Below are positions 13,280 through 27,034 of a stretch of 64,000 nt of DNA, in pieces. The notes beneath the pieces were generated by a model, which was given only the letters and a program-made list of their open reading frames with translations, had not been told where the DNA came from and did not search any database. The translations under genes and the position numbers were made by a program. Where the stretch lies: the NCBI GenBank assembly GCA_010093705.1, contig MU006091.1, positions 1,054,001 through 1,118,000 on the forward strand, given 5' to 3'. Numbering within the stretch: position 1 is the stretch's first letter; each line of letters opens with the position of its first letter. The DNA comes from Patellaria atrata CBS 101060. Its lineage: Eukaryota.

Positions 13280-13995
13280 GTTCGACATGAAGTGAGATGC
13301 GGATGCATGCAGGGCTCCACAGATGGCGCTGCAAAAATGGTGAATTCGACTGGGATATGGTGGTACAGTACATGCATGCATTCTTGCTTTTCTTTCCACA
13401 TCGGGTTTGTTACGGCCTGGCGTTCGGGGGAATTTAGAGATTATTATACAGGTCTTGGGGCTCAGTGCTCGGTATACCCCTATGCATAAGGCATGATATG
13501 GTCCTCTCGGTCACTTTCTTCTTGTATTTCAGGCGGAAAAGTTCAAAAGATAGTGATTGTTTGAAATGGGATCTAACTGCCGGCTATGTGCGACGTTGAC
13601 CATAGTGATGCGACGGAAGTCTACAGCAGGAAGCTGCTCCAACCTGGTCGTTGGAATGAACCTGACGTTCACCAGGTCATGGGAAGAGACTAAGTTCGAA
13701 GGAACCATCCCGGTTTACAAACGGGCCAAGAATAGCGGCTCCGTGCAGTGACCCTAAATTCGGATTCGTGGGCTGCGTCCTCGCTATGTTGTACATGCCT
13801 CATGTACTTGACCCGACTCGGTGTTCGAGCACCAAAGACGGAAATATTTTCATCTCGATCGTCGTTACAGTCGACGGAGTGCTATCGATCTGATGTCTAG
13901 GAGATCAAATTACCCAGAAACCAGGTTCAGCACATATAGAACGCATCCACGGGTATTCACAGATTTTCGGAAGACTGGCTATGAAGATCAAGTAT

Positions 13996-14686
13996 TCAAT
14001 CCCAATCATCATCATCATCTTGTTTGGATGGATTATCTTGCCTTGGTTTGAAGGCTGCCTGACCTTTCGTATCTGCCATCTTTTCCCGAACGAGAACATT
14101 CGACCGTAGCAGGCGTCGCTCTAGCTCCCTAGTGGTAAACGTATCTGCACTACGACCAATTCCCTCGAAGCCTATTATCCTATCCACGCCAACACCATCA
14201 ATGAAACTTATGACGCAAGGAAGAACCTGGACCTTCAGTTTGACGACCAGGAAAGGGGCGTTGTCAACGTTGATACGGAGGAAACGTGTATCAAAGTGCT
14301 TTGCTGCCAGATTCTATACATGATATTAACATTATCCTTAGTTGTTACGTTTTGCTGAGTTACAGTACCTCCAAGTGCGAATCCATGATATGACATCGAT
14401 TGAAGTCCGGTTTGAAAAAGTGTACAACACACAACTTAGTGGAGGTGGTAATATCCATCAACGCCTTCTCGTCTTTGATTTCTGTATAACTACCATGTTC
14501 TGACTTTCTCATATCCTTCGCTCGAGTATACTCTTGATGCAATTGTTCCAGTCTCTGGGCACGGAACGCATCGAGCTCAGAATCATCTTCAAGAGCGGAT
14601 ATTAGAGCATCTTCGTCCTCATCAGAATCGGCTCCAAGATTCGTTCTGTCGACGATAGCAGCAACTTTGGGGTCTATGGCAGACAT
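13996..14686 (-). CDS. PLP1: Phosducin-like/thioredoxin-fold protein (PLP1/TXNDC9 type)
   Basis: HGSYTEIKDEK, CVVHFFKPDFNRCHIMDSHLE, NAPFLVVKLKVQVLPCV, DRIIGFEGI, C-terminal DDDDDWD. Intron 14314-14368. Confidence 0.88.
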
Positions 14687-15465
14687 TATATGATATCTCT
14701 TTGCTCTTGGGGGAACTGTGTATGTGAGGTTGCACTAGGTTTTCTGTTGACAAGCTGAAGTGCGGGACACGATCGACACGTCGTTTATCAGACGCTAATT
14801 ACGCGACTTCAACGGTCAGAACTCTGAACTTCAGGGAGTCAGGGGTATCACAGCGGATGCGGGAACGTATGGAGGGCTTCAGCTGATATTCTTCGGGAAA
14901 AAGCCACAAAGCTCAAAGAGATACGGCAAATTTCTGATTGTGGAGTGTTTCATGCATCTGTGGAATTGGTGGATATCGCCCGTGTGGGTAGTAGGTCGCG
15001 TGCAAAGGGAATTCAGTTGCCCTGTACAGTAAAAGGATTTATAAACTTGTTCATAATATAATAGATTTCTGTGGGCTAGTTTACGAGTATCTAAAAAAGG
15101 TTGATGAACTTCATGCTAATCATAACTATTCGGAGAGCTTAAAGGAGGTTTGCTTCGTTTGTTTCAATTTGCTGGAGAGCCGCGATTACGAGGCGCGAAA
15201 CGACTCCAGGGGTCGCTCTCAGCGACGAACGAAGAAATTTACCCTTCGCCGTCCGCTTTTGGTTGAGCTGTGGAAAGCCTCAATTTAATCTCCTCAACGC
15301 ACCTTCGGGACTCCTCAAATTTTTCGTGACCTGAGTCTCTTTTGACATCAGTCTCCCACGTTGGTGTCGTCCGTTCGTGTAACCTCTCGTATCCCATCCT
15401 CACGATTTCCCTGACGTGTGGGAGAAACAGCCCCTTACCTCGTCCTTACATAAACTATTCGCAAC

Positions 15466-16745
15466 ATGGCCGACGAGAAGAAGAGAGATGACTATCGGCA
15501 ACCTGGGGAGGAGAACAGAATGGCGACTCCGCAAATTGGAAAGCATTCGACAGTCAGCAGTCCTATCATACCCATACTGGCATACTGTGGCTCGTCAATA
15601 TTGATGACCGTGACGAACAAGTATGTTCTGGCTGGGAGAGACTTCAACTTGAACTTCTTCTTGTTGGCTGTACAAGTATGTCTTAGAATACTCTTCGTAG
15701 TGTACTCATCGCTAATAAGACATGTAGTCTGTGGTATGCGTAGTCGCAATTCAAACATGCAAGCAGCTAGGAATCATCACGTTTAGAGACTTTAACGCAA
15801 ATGAGGCGAAGAAATGTGAGCAGAGACACCAATATATACCCATTTACCAGTTCTAACCTAGCATTCTAGGGTTCCCCATTTCCGTACTCCTCATTGGCAT
15901 GATCTACACGAGCACAAAGGCTCTCCAATTCCTCTCCATCCCGGTGTACACTATTTTCAAAAATCTTACAATCATTTTGATCGCGTACGGAGAAGTTTTA
16001 TGGTTTGGAGGTTCTGTTTCAGGAATGGCCCTCTTCTCCTTCGGCCTTATGGTGTTTAGTTCAATTGTGGCCGCCTGGGCAGATATTCAAAACGCCCTAT
16101 CCAATTATGGCGGTGGTTCCACCGAGGCTTCGGAGCAGATTTCTACCTTGAATGCCGGATATGCTTGGATGTTGCTGAATTGTTTCAGCACCGCGACCTA
16201 CTTATTGACCATGAGAAAGCGTATCGTGCTTACTAAGTTCAAGGATTATGACAGTACGTGTGCTTCCACTTGAACCTTCTGACATAGTATGCTTACTTGC
16301 CATTCTAGCCATGTACTATAATAATTTACTCACAATCCCTATCCTCCTCGCTGCATCGATTCTCGTCGAAGACTGGTCCTCTATTAATATCGCCAAGAAC
16401 TTCCCTGTTGAACAGCGCAACCTTATAGTCTTCACTATGGTTCTTTCCGGGCTTTCCTCCATTTTCATCTCCTATACCTCAGCGTGGTGCGTTCGTGTGA
16501 CCACGTCGACAACATACTCCATGGTCGGTGCGCTTAACAAGCTCCCAATCGCTGTGAGCGGTTTGATCTTCTTCGATGCGCCTGTGACGTTTGGAAGTGT
16601 CTCTGCTATTATTATTGGATTTATTAGCGGACTCGTTTATGCTGTTGCTAAAATGAAGAAACCAGCACAAAAGGATATACTCCCTACTACGAAGCCAACG
16701 ATGAGCGCAAGCAGCCAAAGCATGCGTGACAGCCTCAAGGGCTGA
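15466..16745 (+). CDS. VRG4: Golgi GDP-mannose transporter
   Basis: [42 protein letters not shown] (GALNK motif). Exons 15466-15675, 15728-15815, 15870-16253, 16309-16745. Confidence 0.95.
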
Positions 16746-17553
16746 TTTCTCTTTGAACCGGAGTCATGTTTTATGCAAGAATATGGATGGTGGCGTTGAA
16801 TTGAACAATTCTTTCTAGCAGAGGCACGACCATTTATCAATTTCTTGCTCCTTTGAAGCCGTTGCTGTAGCTGTATTTGCTTTATCTGCTCCATCCTATG
16901 GATCACCCAATTCTTTGAAAATTTAATTCTTGTATTTGTTGTATAAACCTTACGGTTTCTTTAACTTTGCTCTTTGAACGTTATAGATCACGGGGGCTCA
17001 TGGTTTCATGTTATCTCTTTTTATATGCTCAAGTCAGGACTTGTGTCCTATTTTCTCCGACTCATAATTTCTTATTAGGGTAGCATATGGTGTTATATAT
17101 TTAATCAATCTAAGCATAATACTGAAGTATGTTGCATATTAGTACAGGCCTGTGAGTTTGACAATTTCACTTCCAGTTCCTTTCTCTACTCTCCTTAGTC
17201 ATAGGGAAGTTTGCATCATCAATTCTCATTGTCGATCATATAACATGTATCATCAATAATCAGTATTTGTAAATCTCTATCGAGATCATAGTCCGCTTAG
17301 ATCCGCTATCAGTTATCTATCACCTCTTCCGATTCGTCTATTTACGTACTAGATTAGGTGGCGCGATCATGATGTCATCTATATCCCTAGCCACAACATG
17401 TGATGCTATCATTCAGTGACCTATTACTCCGAGCTCTAGTATATATTTCTTTGGAGTCTAACGTGAATTTCATGCTCAAAAATTAATTCTCAAACCAAAG
17501 ACTACTTTATCATTAATCTGGCCGACGTAGTACTAGAAGTCCAAACAATTACA

Positions 17554-17925
17554 ATGGCATCCAACATCACCGACGCTGCCAATACCGCTGGCCAGAAGAA
17601 GGGTACCGATCCCACCGTATGTTTGTATCTCGTATGTTCAAAACGATCAGGTAACTGAAATTTTGCAGAACCCAAGTATCATCTCTTCAGAGGGCGCCAT
17701 TGGAAAGCAATTCAACCGTATGCCTCTACTCCAACTCTGGGCAGGCGAAACACAAAACACTAACCCGCTGAAGCTGACGGTTCCCTCGGAGGCATGGCAC
17801 AAAAGATTGGTGGGCCTCTCGATAAGGACGGTATGATCGGGAGCCAGTTCGATGCCTCGAAGAATGGTATTGCGGGACATGTGGAGAAGGCAGTTGATGG
17901 ACCAAGCAACCCTACGCAACATTGA
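17554..17925 (+). CDS. Small spliced Gly-rich hydrophilic protein (87 aa) of unknown function
   Basis: Exons 17554-17616, 17669-17717, 17774-17925 with GTATGT/GTATGC donors join in frame: MASNITDAANTAGQKKGTDPTNPSIISSEGAIGKQFNPDGSLGGMAQKIGGPLDKDGMIGSQFDASKNGIAGHVEKAVDGPSNPTQH. Confidence 0.8.
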
Positions 17926-19137
17926 GGGAGGGTATATGAAGTTGAAAGATATTTGTATAAGTTAATAAATAAAGAACGATAGCAAAGATATCAAATAATC
18001 TACTAGAATGGATCTCAAGATGTGAAGTTTTGAATATTCTGGAGATAAGAAAGGAGAACCCGTGTTTATGAGACGAAAAAGACTGTTCACCCTACTGTTG
18101 AACAAAGCCCAGGTATGCCATCTTGGATACAATGAACTGTCTTTAATCTTTCAATAAATGTTCTTCTTTCGGGCCCAATGGGAGCCGTTCTGTCTCTGCT
18201 AAACTTAAAGACTACTTGCTGAACTTTCAACAACAGTTATAGAATGGAGAATAATGTGCGTCAACGTTATGGATTTTCTTAAAACTCGATGATCACCGTA
18301 GTACATCCACATGCTAACCAGCAAGAGACGTACAGAGCAATACTAAGGTATCTCTTCTATTGTCAGGGTAATCCTAGCGTTCTGCATGATAATTATCAAG
18401 AAAAAGTTTCCGGCTCGACTGTATAGGTCACTTGACTGTACTGAATAATTCAGCAATTGTAGCCGACAGGAATTGAACAAACGGCTTAGATCGAATGATA
18501 AGTCAGTACACATAGTACACTGCAAGCGTGCAACATGGCGGTGTGCTGTGACCTGATAGGAGACATACTTGTATGCAAGACTCTTCTTATAATGTGGGGA
18601 GTTCATGAACTAGATAGACGTGGATCGTCGAGTCTTCGCATTGAAGCACTTACTTGGGTTGTACCTTACTGTACTGTACACTACAAGCCCAGCGGATTGA
18701 ATATGTCGTACTGTACTACTGTGTACACCTAGGCTGAAGGTGGGGTTGCCCGATGCTTGCATGCCTTGTGTGCCTTGTACAAAGTGATGAGGAGATCATC
18801 ATGGTCCACGTACTCGGTATGAATGATGAGATAGCCGTTGAGAGATTGTACCCTATTCTCAAAGTCGGGGCAAATGAACATCTAGAACATACGCACGTTT
18901 GGAACTCTAATACTAACGAACAGTTCTATTGAAGTCATTCATAAAGCTCACGGAGCTAAGGTACGATATCACTGCTTGTCCATTGTTGAGATGCCTAAGG
19001 TGGCGGTAAGGTAGAGGTTTGGGGTCGTGACACTTTTCTGCTACGTAACTGGTCATGGTGGGGTAGGTGCAGGGATTTAACGGTGGGACCGGCTACGGCG
19101 GAACAGCGGACCAAGAGATGGGAGGAAAATCTTGAAA

Positions 19138-19531
19138 GCCAAGCTGTTAGCGGGCTTAGCATTGGATGGGCGGGAATCGAGATATCCATCGATGTTCAGG
19201 GCTTATCGTACCCATTCAACGCCGTTCACAACCTTTTCAACACCCAGATTGGTACCCCCGAAATTGAACTAGGCTCTTTGATTCGACATACCGTCTGGAG
19301 CCGCTTAACCGTTTGATAGGCAGGTTCTCTGAGGCGAAATATGGCTGTCTTTTACCAGTAACAAGCTTTCAACATCCCAGGCTCTCTGGCACGATTAACC
19401 CTCCATTTCCCAGCTAAGTACGCTTAAATTGGTTCAGAACCTTCAAAACTTCTGCCTTGGCTCATGTCAGTGTGTCTTGAGTCGTCATTGGCATGCATGA
19501 TAGTATCTCTCTGTCTGCCCCGACCGCCAAG
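19138..19531. promoter_or_regulatory. Putative PacC (GCCARG) sites upstream of the ENA ATPase
   Basis: GCCAAG at 19138-19143 and 19526-19531, CTTGGC at 19456-19461; GAGGCG at 19331-19336 is Crz1-like. Confidence 0.4.
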
Positions 19532-19707
19532 AAAGGAATGTAATACCTTCAATAACAAGTAGAAGCCCACGTGCCTGTGATTGCCAACAACTCACTAGTT
19601 GCCCATCGCTCGCCTTATAAGCTAGGTCCTGCTCTTTTGTTTCTTCTTCTTTTCTCCCACTTTTCCACCAATTTCCTGCCTCTTTCGCCTCCATTGCCGC
19701 CGTCAGA

Positions 19708-22700
19708 ATGGGGAAGAGTAAACAGCCTGAGCTGGAGAACCACGTCTCTGGACAGTCGAACAAACCACTTTCGAAGCCTGCTCATGCTCTATCCTACGCG
19801 GCTGTCATAGAGGAGACCAAGGCCAATGCCGACGATGGACTTACCACCCAGGAAGCCAAATCTCGCCTTGAAGAGTTTGGGCGAAATGAATTAGGGGATA
19901 CGGGAGGTGTTCAACCCGTGAAGATTCTAGTTAGGCAGGTTGCCAATGCAATGACTCTAGTTATGCGCACCACCTTCCTTTTTATGGGGGAGAAAATAGG
20001 GCTGATCCGACAATCTAGGTTCTCATTATGGCTATGGCCGTGAGTTTCGGTATCAAATCCTATATCGAAGGTGGTGTCATTACTGCCGTGATCATGCTGA
20101 ATATCACAGTCGGTTTCTTCCAGGAATTCAGAGCTGAGAAGACTATGGACTCTCTCAGATCACTTAGTTCCCCAACTGCAAGTGCGGTCCGTGACGGGGC
20201 AACTATTAGTATCCCCACAGCAGAGATTGTCCCTGGAGATATGGTTGAAATGAAGACTGGAGATACGATCCCAGCGGATGTCCGGTAATTTATCGCCCAA
20301 ATATACAAACAAGTTCTGTGCTAATAGGGCCAGCCTTGTCGAAGCTATTAACTTTGAAACCGACGAAGCACTTCTCACGGGCGAATCGCTACCTGTACAG
20401 AAGAATGCTGAAGCTAGTTTCGACGATGATACTGGACCAGGTGATAGACTTAATGTTGCTTATAGCTCCTCCACAGTGACCAAAGGACGTGCCCGGGGAA
20501 TCGTTTATGCGACTGGTATGTACACTGAAATCGGCTCTATTGCAGCAGCTCTACGTAAGAAGGATTCAAAGGTAAGACCTGTAAAGCGTAAGCCAGATGG
20601 CAAGGCCAAGCCCCATCGTTATGCAGAAGCATATACCCTAACGGCCTCTGATGCTGTTGGCCGATTCTTGGGTGTCAATGTCGGTACACCTCTACAGAAG
20701 AAGCTATCAAGATTGGCTATTCTTCTTTTTGGAATTGCAGTGGTGTGCGCCATCATTGTCTTAGGAGCCAACGAATTCCGTTCAGAGCAAGAAGTCATCA
20801 TCTACGCCGTAGCGACTGGTCTAAGCATGATTCCTGCATCACTTATCGTGGTACTTACCATTACAATGGCTGCGGGTACTAAACGCATGGTGGAGCGACA
20901 TGTTATTGTTAGAAATTTAAAGAGTTTGGAAGCCTTGGGGGCTGTCACAGGTAAGAACCGTATGTCCCTCCAATTTCGCATACACCTTGCTGATGAACAT
21001 GTAGACATTTGTTCTGATAAGACCGGCACCCTGACACAGGGAAAAATGGTACAACGGAAAGCATGGATCCCCGCTGTTGGCACATACTCGGTATCAACGA
21101 CCAATGAACCCTTTAATCCTACAGTGGGAGACCTTAGCTTCACAGCTAATCCACCTAGAAATGAGGATTTGGAGAAATCCGACCAGGAGAACGAGAAGGT
21201 TCTTTCTCCACAAGAGCTACTCGAGGACAATGAATTTCTTCGAGACTTCCTCAACGTCGCTTCACTAGCAAATCTATCACATGTTCACAAGAACGACAAG
21301 GGAGAATGGCATGCTCGCGGAGACCCGACTGAGATTGCTATACAAGTATTTGCTTCGCGTTTTGACTGGAATCGTAATAAGTTCACCGCCGGGGAAAATC
21401 CCAAGTGGAAACAGATTGCCGAGTTCCCATTTGACTCCGATGTTAAGAAGATGTCTGTTCTCTTCAAAGAACAAGAAAGCGGAGAACATCACGTTTTTAC
21501 AAAGGGCGCTGTGGAACGGGTAATCACCTCATGTACATCACTCTTCCTTAAGGATGGTCAGAAGGAAATGACGGAAGACATCCAGAATGACATATTGGAG
21601 AATATGGAAGCACTAGCAGCTCTCGGTCTTAGAGTGCTCGCTTTAGCTAGCAAAGTCTACACAAGTCCAGTCACGGAAGGCAAAGAGATCGACCGCAACG
21701 GCATTGAAGACGATCTTATCTTCCGTGGACTCGTTGGACTCTACGATCCACCACGTCCGGAATCTGCACCTTCGGTTGCTGCGTGTCATGAAGCTGGTAT
21801 CTCAGTCCATATGCTCACTGGCGATCATCCTGGCACAGCTAGGGCGATTGCTAAAGAAGTTGGCATTTTACCGTCCCGCATGAGTGAGATCAGCAAGGAT
21901 GTAGCAGAATCAATGGTTATGACGGCTAGCAACTTCGACAAGTTATCCGATGAGGAGATCGATGCGCTTCCTCTCCTACCTTTGGTGGTGGCTAGATGCG
22001 CTCCTAATACTAAGGTTCGCATGATCGAAGCGCTGCACAGGCGTAAGAAATTCGCGGCTATGACAGGTGATGGTGTTAACGACTCGCCATCCCTCAAGCG
22101 CGCAGATGTCGGTATTGCCATGGGTCAAGCAGGTTCAGACGTAGCCAAAGACGCCTCGGATATTGTTTTAACTGACGATAACTTTGCTTCCATTCTTAAC
22201 GCCATCGAAGAAGGTCGACGTATGTTTGACAATATCCAGAAATTTATCTTACATCTTCTCGCGGAGAACATTGCACAAGCATGCACGCTTCTCATCGGGC
22301 TTGCTTTCAAAGATTCCCGTGGTCTATCTGTCTTTCCCCTAGCTCCAGTTGAGATTATCTGGGTCATTATGATCACGTCCGGTATGCCAGACATGGGACT
22401 TGGCTTCGAAGTCGCGGCGCCCGACATCCTTACACGCCCTCCTCAGAGTCTGAAACGCGGTGTCTTCACCCTCGAAGTGATGGTCGATATGGTGGTCTAC
22501 GGCCTCTGGGTCGCGGCACTCTGTCTCAGCTCTTTCATCCTCGTCCTCTGGGGCTTCGGCGACGGCAACCTCGGCGAAAATTGCAACGACTCCTACGACA
22601 ACGATGCCGGAGAACCTATCTGCGACACTGTATTCCGCGCTCGCTCGACCTGCTTCGCGTGTCTGACGTGGTTCGCGCTCTTCCTCGCTTGGGAAATGGT

Positions 22701-23112
22701 GGATATGCGTCGCAGCTTCTTCGACATGGTACCCGGACGCACCAAGAGAGAGCTCCTGACGGGCTGGACGAAAGATGTGTGGCGCAATAAGTTCCTCTTC
22801 TGGGCTATCATCGCCGGTTTCGTGACGATTTTCCCCACGCTCTATATCCCGGTCATCAACCGCGTCGTGTTCAAGCATGAGGGTATCACTTGGGAGTGGA
22901 TCATCGTCATGATCGCGACCATGCTCTTCTTCCTCGGTGTCGAGTCTTGGAAGTACGCAAAACGAGTCTTCTTCAGACGACGTGCGGCCAAGATGACCGG
23001 TGGTCAGAACCCTGACCTTGAATCTAGGGTCTTTGGTGTGTATATGAACAACCAAAGTCCAGCGAGCACGAGCCAGGAAAATTCAAGTCGTGACCCCGAG
23101 AAAGCCCAATGA
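19708..23112 (+). CDS. ENA1: P-type IID Na+/K+ efflux ATPase (ENA family)
   Basis: DEALLTGESLPV, DICSDKTGTLTQGKM, KGAVE, MLTGDHPGTA, MTGDGVNDSPSLK. Introns 19960-20018, 20285-20333, 20951-21004. Confidence 0.95.
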
Positions 23113-23566
23113 CAAAATTTTGGGCTAGGTTTGACTAGATCCGCAAAGGGGGAAATGCACATAAATTGTTGCTCAACAAGGAGTGAAGGCGTGCAGTTGG
23201 TTTGTTCAAAAGTGGTTATAATGGTAGATTCGAGTACAAACCTAGAGTAGAGCACGTCTGGGATACGTTGGTTCATATAGTGGGAGTTTGCAGAGGAAAC
23301 AGGTGAGTAAGTGCTGCCTTATAGATCATCATATAGCAGATGAAATAATTCAAAACAAAATCGAAAATTTTGAAACAGTTTTGGCCGGAACATGTGCAAA
23401 TAAGTCGTACAATCATTAGACTTATGGTATCCTTTAACCAAGGGATGGATATGCCTGCTGAATACCAATGAATAACGCTTCCTCAAGAATATGAGCAGAA
23501 TAATCAATCGGTGCGAAAATGGGTAATGCAATTTAGAAGGGAGCCTGAAGTATTATCATTCCTCGT

Positions 23567-24401
23567 TCAAGTCAATCCAGTGACTCCTCCGACTGCACCT
23601 TTTGCTGTCCCAAGCTTTCTGGGTACCCCCTCAACCTTCTTCTGCACATCCCCCGTATTCGCCGTCTTCTCGACCTGATCCGTAGCGTTCTTCGTATCCG
23701 GCACATTCTTGCCTCCCGGGACATTCTTCTTCACCCCATTAACAGCACCATCCACCTGTTCCACCCCACCCTTCTCACCCTTCTCACCCTTCTCACCATT
23801 CGTCTTTTTCTCCGCACCGGCTTTCTCCCCGTCCTTGCCAGATTGCTGTTCTCTCAACCCACCCATCAAAAAGTCTAATCTGCCCCTCGTCAAACTGTTC
23901 AACTTATCCCCGATCGCGCCGCCTTCCGGCGCACCACCCAGCTCATCCTTATTCAGCCACTTCAGGAGATAATAACCGCCCAGGCCCCAGAGGAAGACAA
24001 AGGTCGCGGCCATGGTCGTCATGAATACGGTAGGCAGCACGACGAAGAGGGCGACGAGGACCATGGCGGCTGTGAAGAGGAGGGCAGCGAGCAGGGCGAC
24101 GAGGAGCGAGGTTAGCAGGGAGAAGACGAAGACGGTGATCGTGAAGACGAGGAAGAGGAAGATGGGGAAGCCGGTTAGGGCTATGTTTGTGAGGAGGAAG
24201 GCCTAGAGTATGTTAGATGGAGGGACTTTGCGTTTACGAGGAGGGACAAACGGCTAGTTTGGGGTTGTTGAGGGCGAAGGTTTGGAGCTTTGTTAGCACT
24301 TCTGCCCGCTTTTCGGGTGGGAATATGCTGTCTAGAATGTTTTTGCCTTTGCCTACCACGTTGGAGGCGAGGCCTTGTACGGTGTCGAGCACGGCGGCCA
24401 T
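23567..24401 (-). CDS. Promethin/LDAF1 (Ldo-like) lipid droplet membrane protein
   Basis: FPPEKRAE...FALNNPKLAAFLLTNIALTGFPIFLFLVF followed by a long hydrophobic stretch and a charged tail. Intron 24203-24251. Confidence 0.75.
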
Positions 24402-24761
24402 GGTGTTGTATGAAGGAGAGTGAACGACGGTTGGAAGAGTGAGGATAGCGTGTTCGCCAGCCACACATGGACCTTTAGCGGTTTATGTACGGAGGCACTT
24501 GGAGGTAATGGATAATTAGATAATAAACCACAACGGGTTGTTGTGGAACGTTATAAAGCATTCACATGATGAAATCCTGTTTCGTGTATTATTCCCGTCT
24601 CAAGCTTGAGCAGCCGCGGAACGTCGTCACCGCTTTCAGTGCGGGAGCATGGGAAACCGAAGAACAGCCGACAGAAAAAAGTTCGGCGTCCCGCAGCTCT
24701 GACTTCTGATATCGGTGTACAATATCGCGAGTCTACACCTTAGCAACTGCCTTTTGATGTA

Positions 24762-26322
24762 ATGTCGGAGAAAAAGAGGAAGAGACAGAGTGACCAAGGG
24801 AATGAGAAACCAGCGAAGAAAGCTGCGACGCAATTGTCCGCGCAGCCTGCTCCGGGGACTGTAAAAGTTACTGTTGTCCCAAACTCTGCGGAACATGGCC
24901 CTATAATTGGTGAGAGTCGAAATCATTAAGGTGTACATATAGCTAGTTCTGATCATTGATCTTATTAGCATCGACCCCGGGTCTTTCGTTCCCCAGGAAT
25001 ATCCTTCTGGCCGCATACAAGAAGAGAAAAGACCCGACCTCAAGACATTCGCTACCCAACGAAGTCCTCCTCCAGTCCTCCGCACATCCCCGACTCGACT
25101 ATACCGCGAGAGAAGAATTAGAATGGACCGGAGGGCTTCTCAAACATTATGTGGGCGTCTATGATGGTCAGACCGGGGAGCTTAAGGTTATAGAAGCACC
25201 CAGGGTGGTAGTGAAGAGTACATTGCGGAGCGAAACAGAAGAGATGCGCCAAAAGAACAAGCAGACCCCAATCAAGCCAACAGTACGTTGCCACATATAA
25301 CCCCCCTTCCCCCACCTCTCTAACATCTACAGAATATGGCACTCCGTCAAGAACTGGGTATGGAATTCGGCACGAAGAAAGCGAAAAAGGCACTAGCTTC
25401 GATAACGGAGAATGCGATCACACCACGCAAACCCAGAGACGCAGCCAACACTGATACCCCAACCGTCGATGCTCTCGACGCAGGCGCCAAAGCAATCCTC
25501 CAATCGATGCAAGCCAGCACCTCCGACATGCCCTCCCGCGACGCCATGAACGCAGCCGCCGACGACGCAAAACCACGGCCCAAAGCCAACCTCGACGCGA
25601 CGACACCGGCGGAAGCGTACCCCCTCGACGCCCTCATCAGCCCCGACGAGCTGCGCGCCGTCGACATTAAAGCGTGGCAGGACGCCGTGAAAGCGGGCGA
25701 AAACGTACAAGTAACAAGCCGATTCGTCGCTAAACGGCTAGACGGCATCGGGAAATCGAAAGACACAAAGAAACTCAGGGTCCTGCGATACGTCTACATC
25801 CTCATCGAGTTCTACAACGCGCTTAAGGCGAACCGCGACGGCGGGAAGAGACTCCCGCAGCGGGACGAACTGCGCAAACGCGTTTCGGCCTCCGATGTCC
25901 TCCTCGATGGCGTCAAGAGGAAGTATGCCGCCGGCGCCGCATTGACGAAGTGGCATGTCGATAACCTCATGACGCACCTGGCCGCTTTGTCTCTGATCGT
26001 CGACGAGTTTGAGACGGACTTTTGGGACTTGAGGGAGGATTTGAGGATGGAGCCTAAGAAGTGAGTTCCCCCATTTCCCAGTTTCCGAAATCATTTTGTA
26101 CCACGGGGAGGGGGTTTTAAGGTGTGGATTGAGACTAATGAATACCTACCTCACAGGATGTCCCAGTATTACCACGAGATCGGGTGTAAAGTGAACCCCC
26201 TGACGGAGAAGGAACGCACAGCGAGGGGCCTCAGCAAGGCGGAGGCAAATGTGAGGAAGGTCGCTAAGTTGAAGCTTCCGTTGAGTTTTCCGAAGCAGAG
26301 GCAGCTTGCTGCGAGAAGGTGA
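24762..26322 (+). CDS. RPA49: RNA polymerase I subunit A49
   Basis: LLQSSAHPRLDYTARE, KHYVGVYD, LGMEFGTKKAKKAL, KPRPKANLDA, YYHEIGC, KLKLPLSFPK. Exons 24762-24909, 24969-25282, 25333-26060, 26157-26322. Confidence 0.92.
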
Positions 26323-27034
26323 CAGAGGAGTGGATGAGTCGTGGTTTCCGTAATCGGGTAGCGTCCATAGCAGCGAGCTTTGGTCCGCGTAAGGTATATA
26401 AAGTAGCTTCCCAGCACGTTTGAACCATATCCAAAGATCGATCACGTTACAACAAACAGAGTGACGATTACCAAGTATTAAGATTGAGTAACCAAGGTAA
26501 ACAAGGATACTAAGATTCAGCTCCGCTTTATGGTAGTCTACCTAATACAACTCTTCCATCCTCATCTCCATCCCCATCACCTCCTTTCACCCACCTCCCT
26601 CAAAATTCCCTCCCATCTGAACTCCCAAACGCCGCAATCATAGTTATCGTATTCACAAACCCCCAGGGTCGTATCCTCCTCCCTAATAATTACAGCGCCC
26701 GTCCCTTATCCCCTTTCCTCGTTTGGAGGGGAAAAAAGAGGTCAAGGGACGAAAAAGTGACGAATGGTATTAGAAATTAAAAATAGAAATAAAAATAAAA
26801 AAAAAATAAAAATAAAGGAAGACTGGGGGCCTGAGACCGGGGACCAGCCCTGACCGACTCCTTTTTCGAAATGATGTAGAAAGGAAAGATAAAGAGCGCT
26901 GGATGAGATAGCGGAGCAGAGGAAGGTGAGTGCGGGTGGGTGAGGTATATTACTTCTCTCTCCGTGCGCCACACGATGGAAAATAGTGTTCAGCTCTATG
27001 CCTTGACTCCCCAGACCCAGATGATTAGCCCCGT

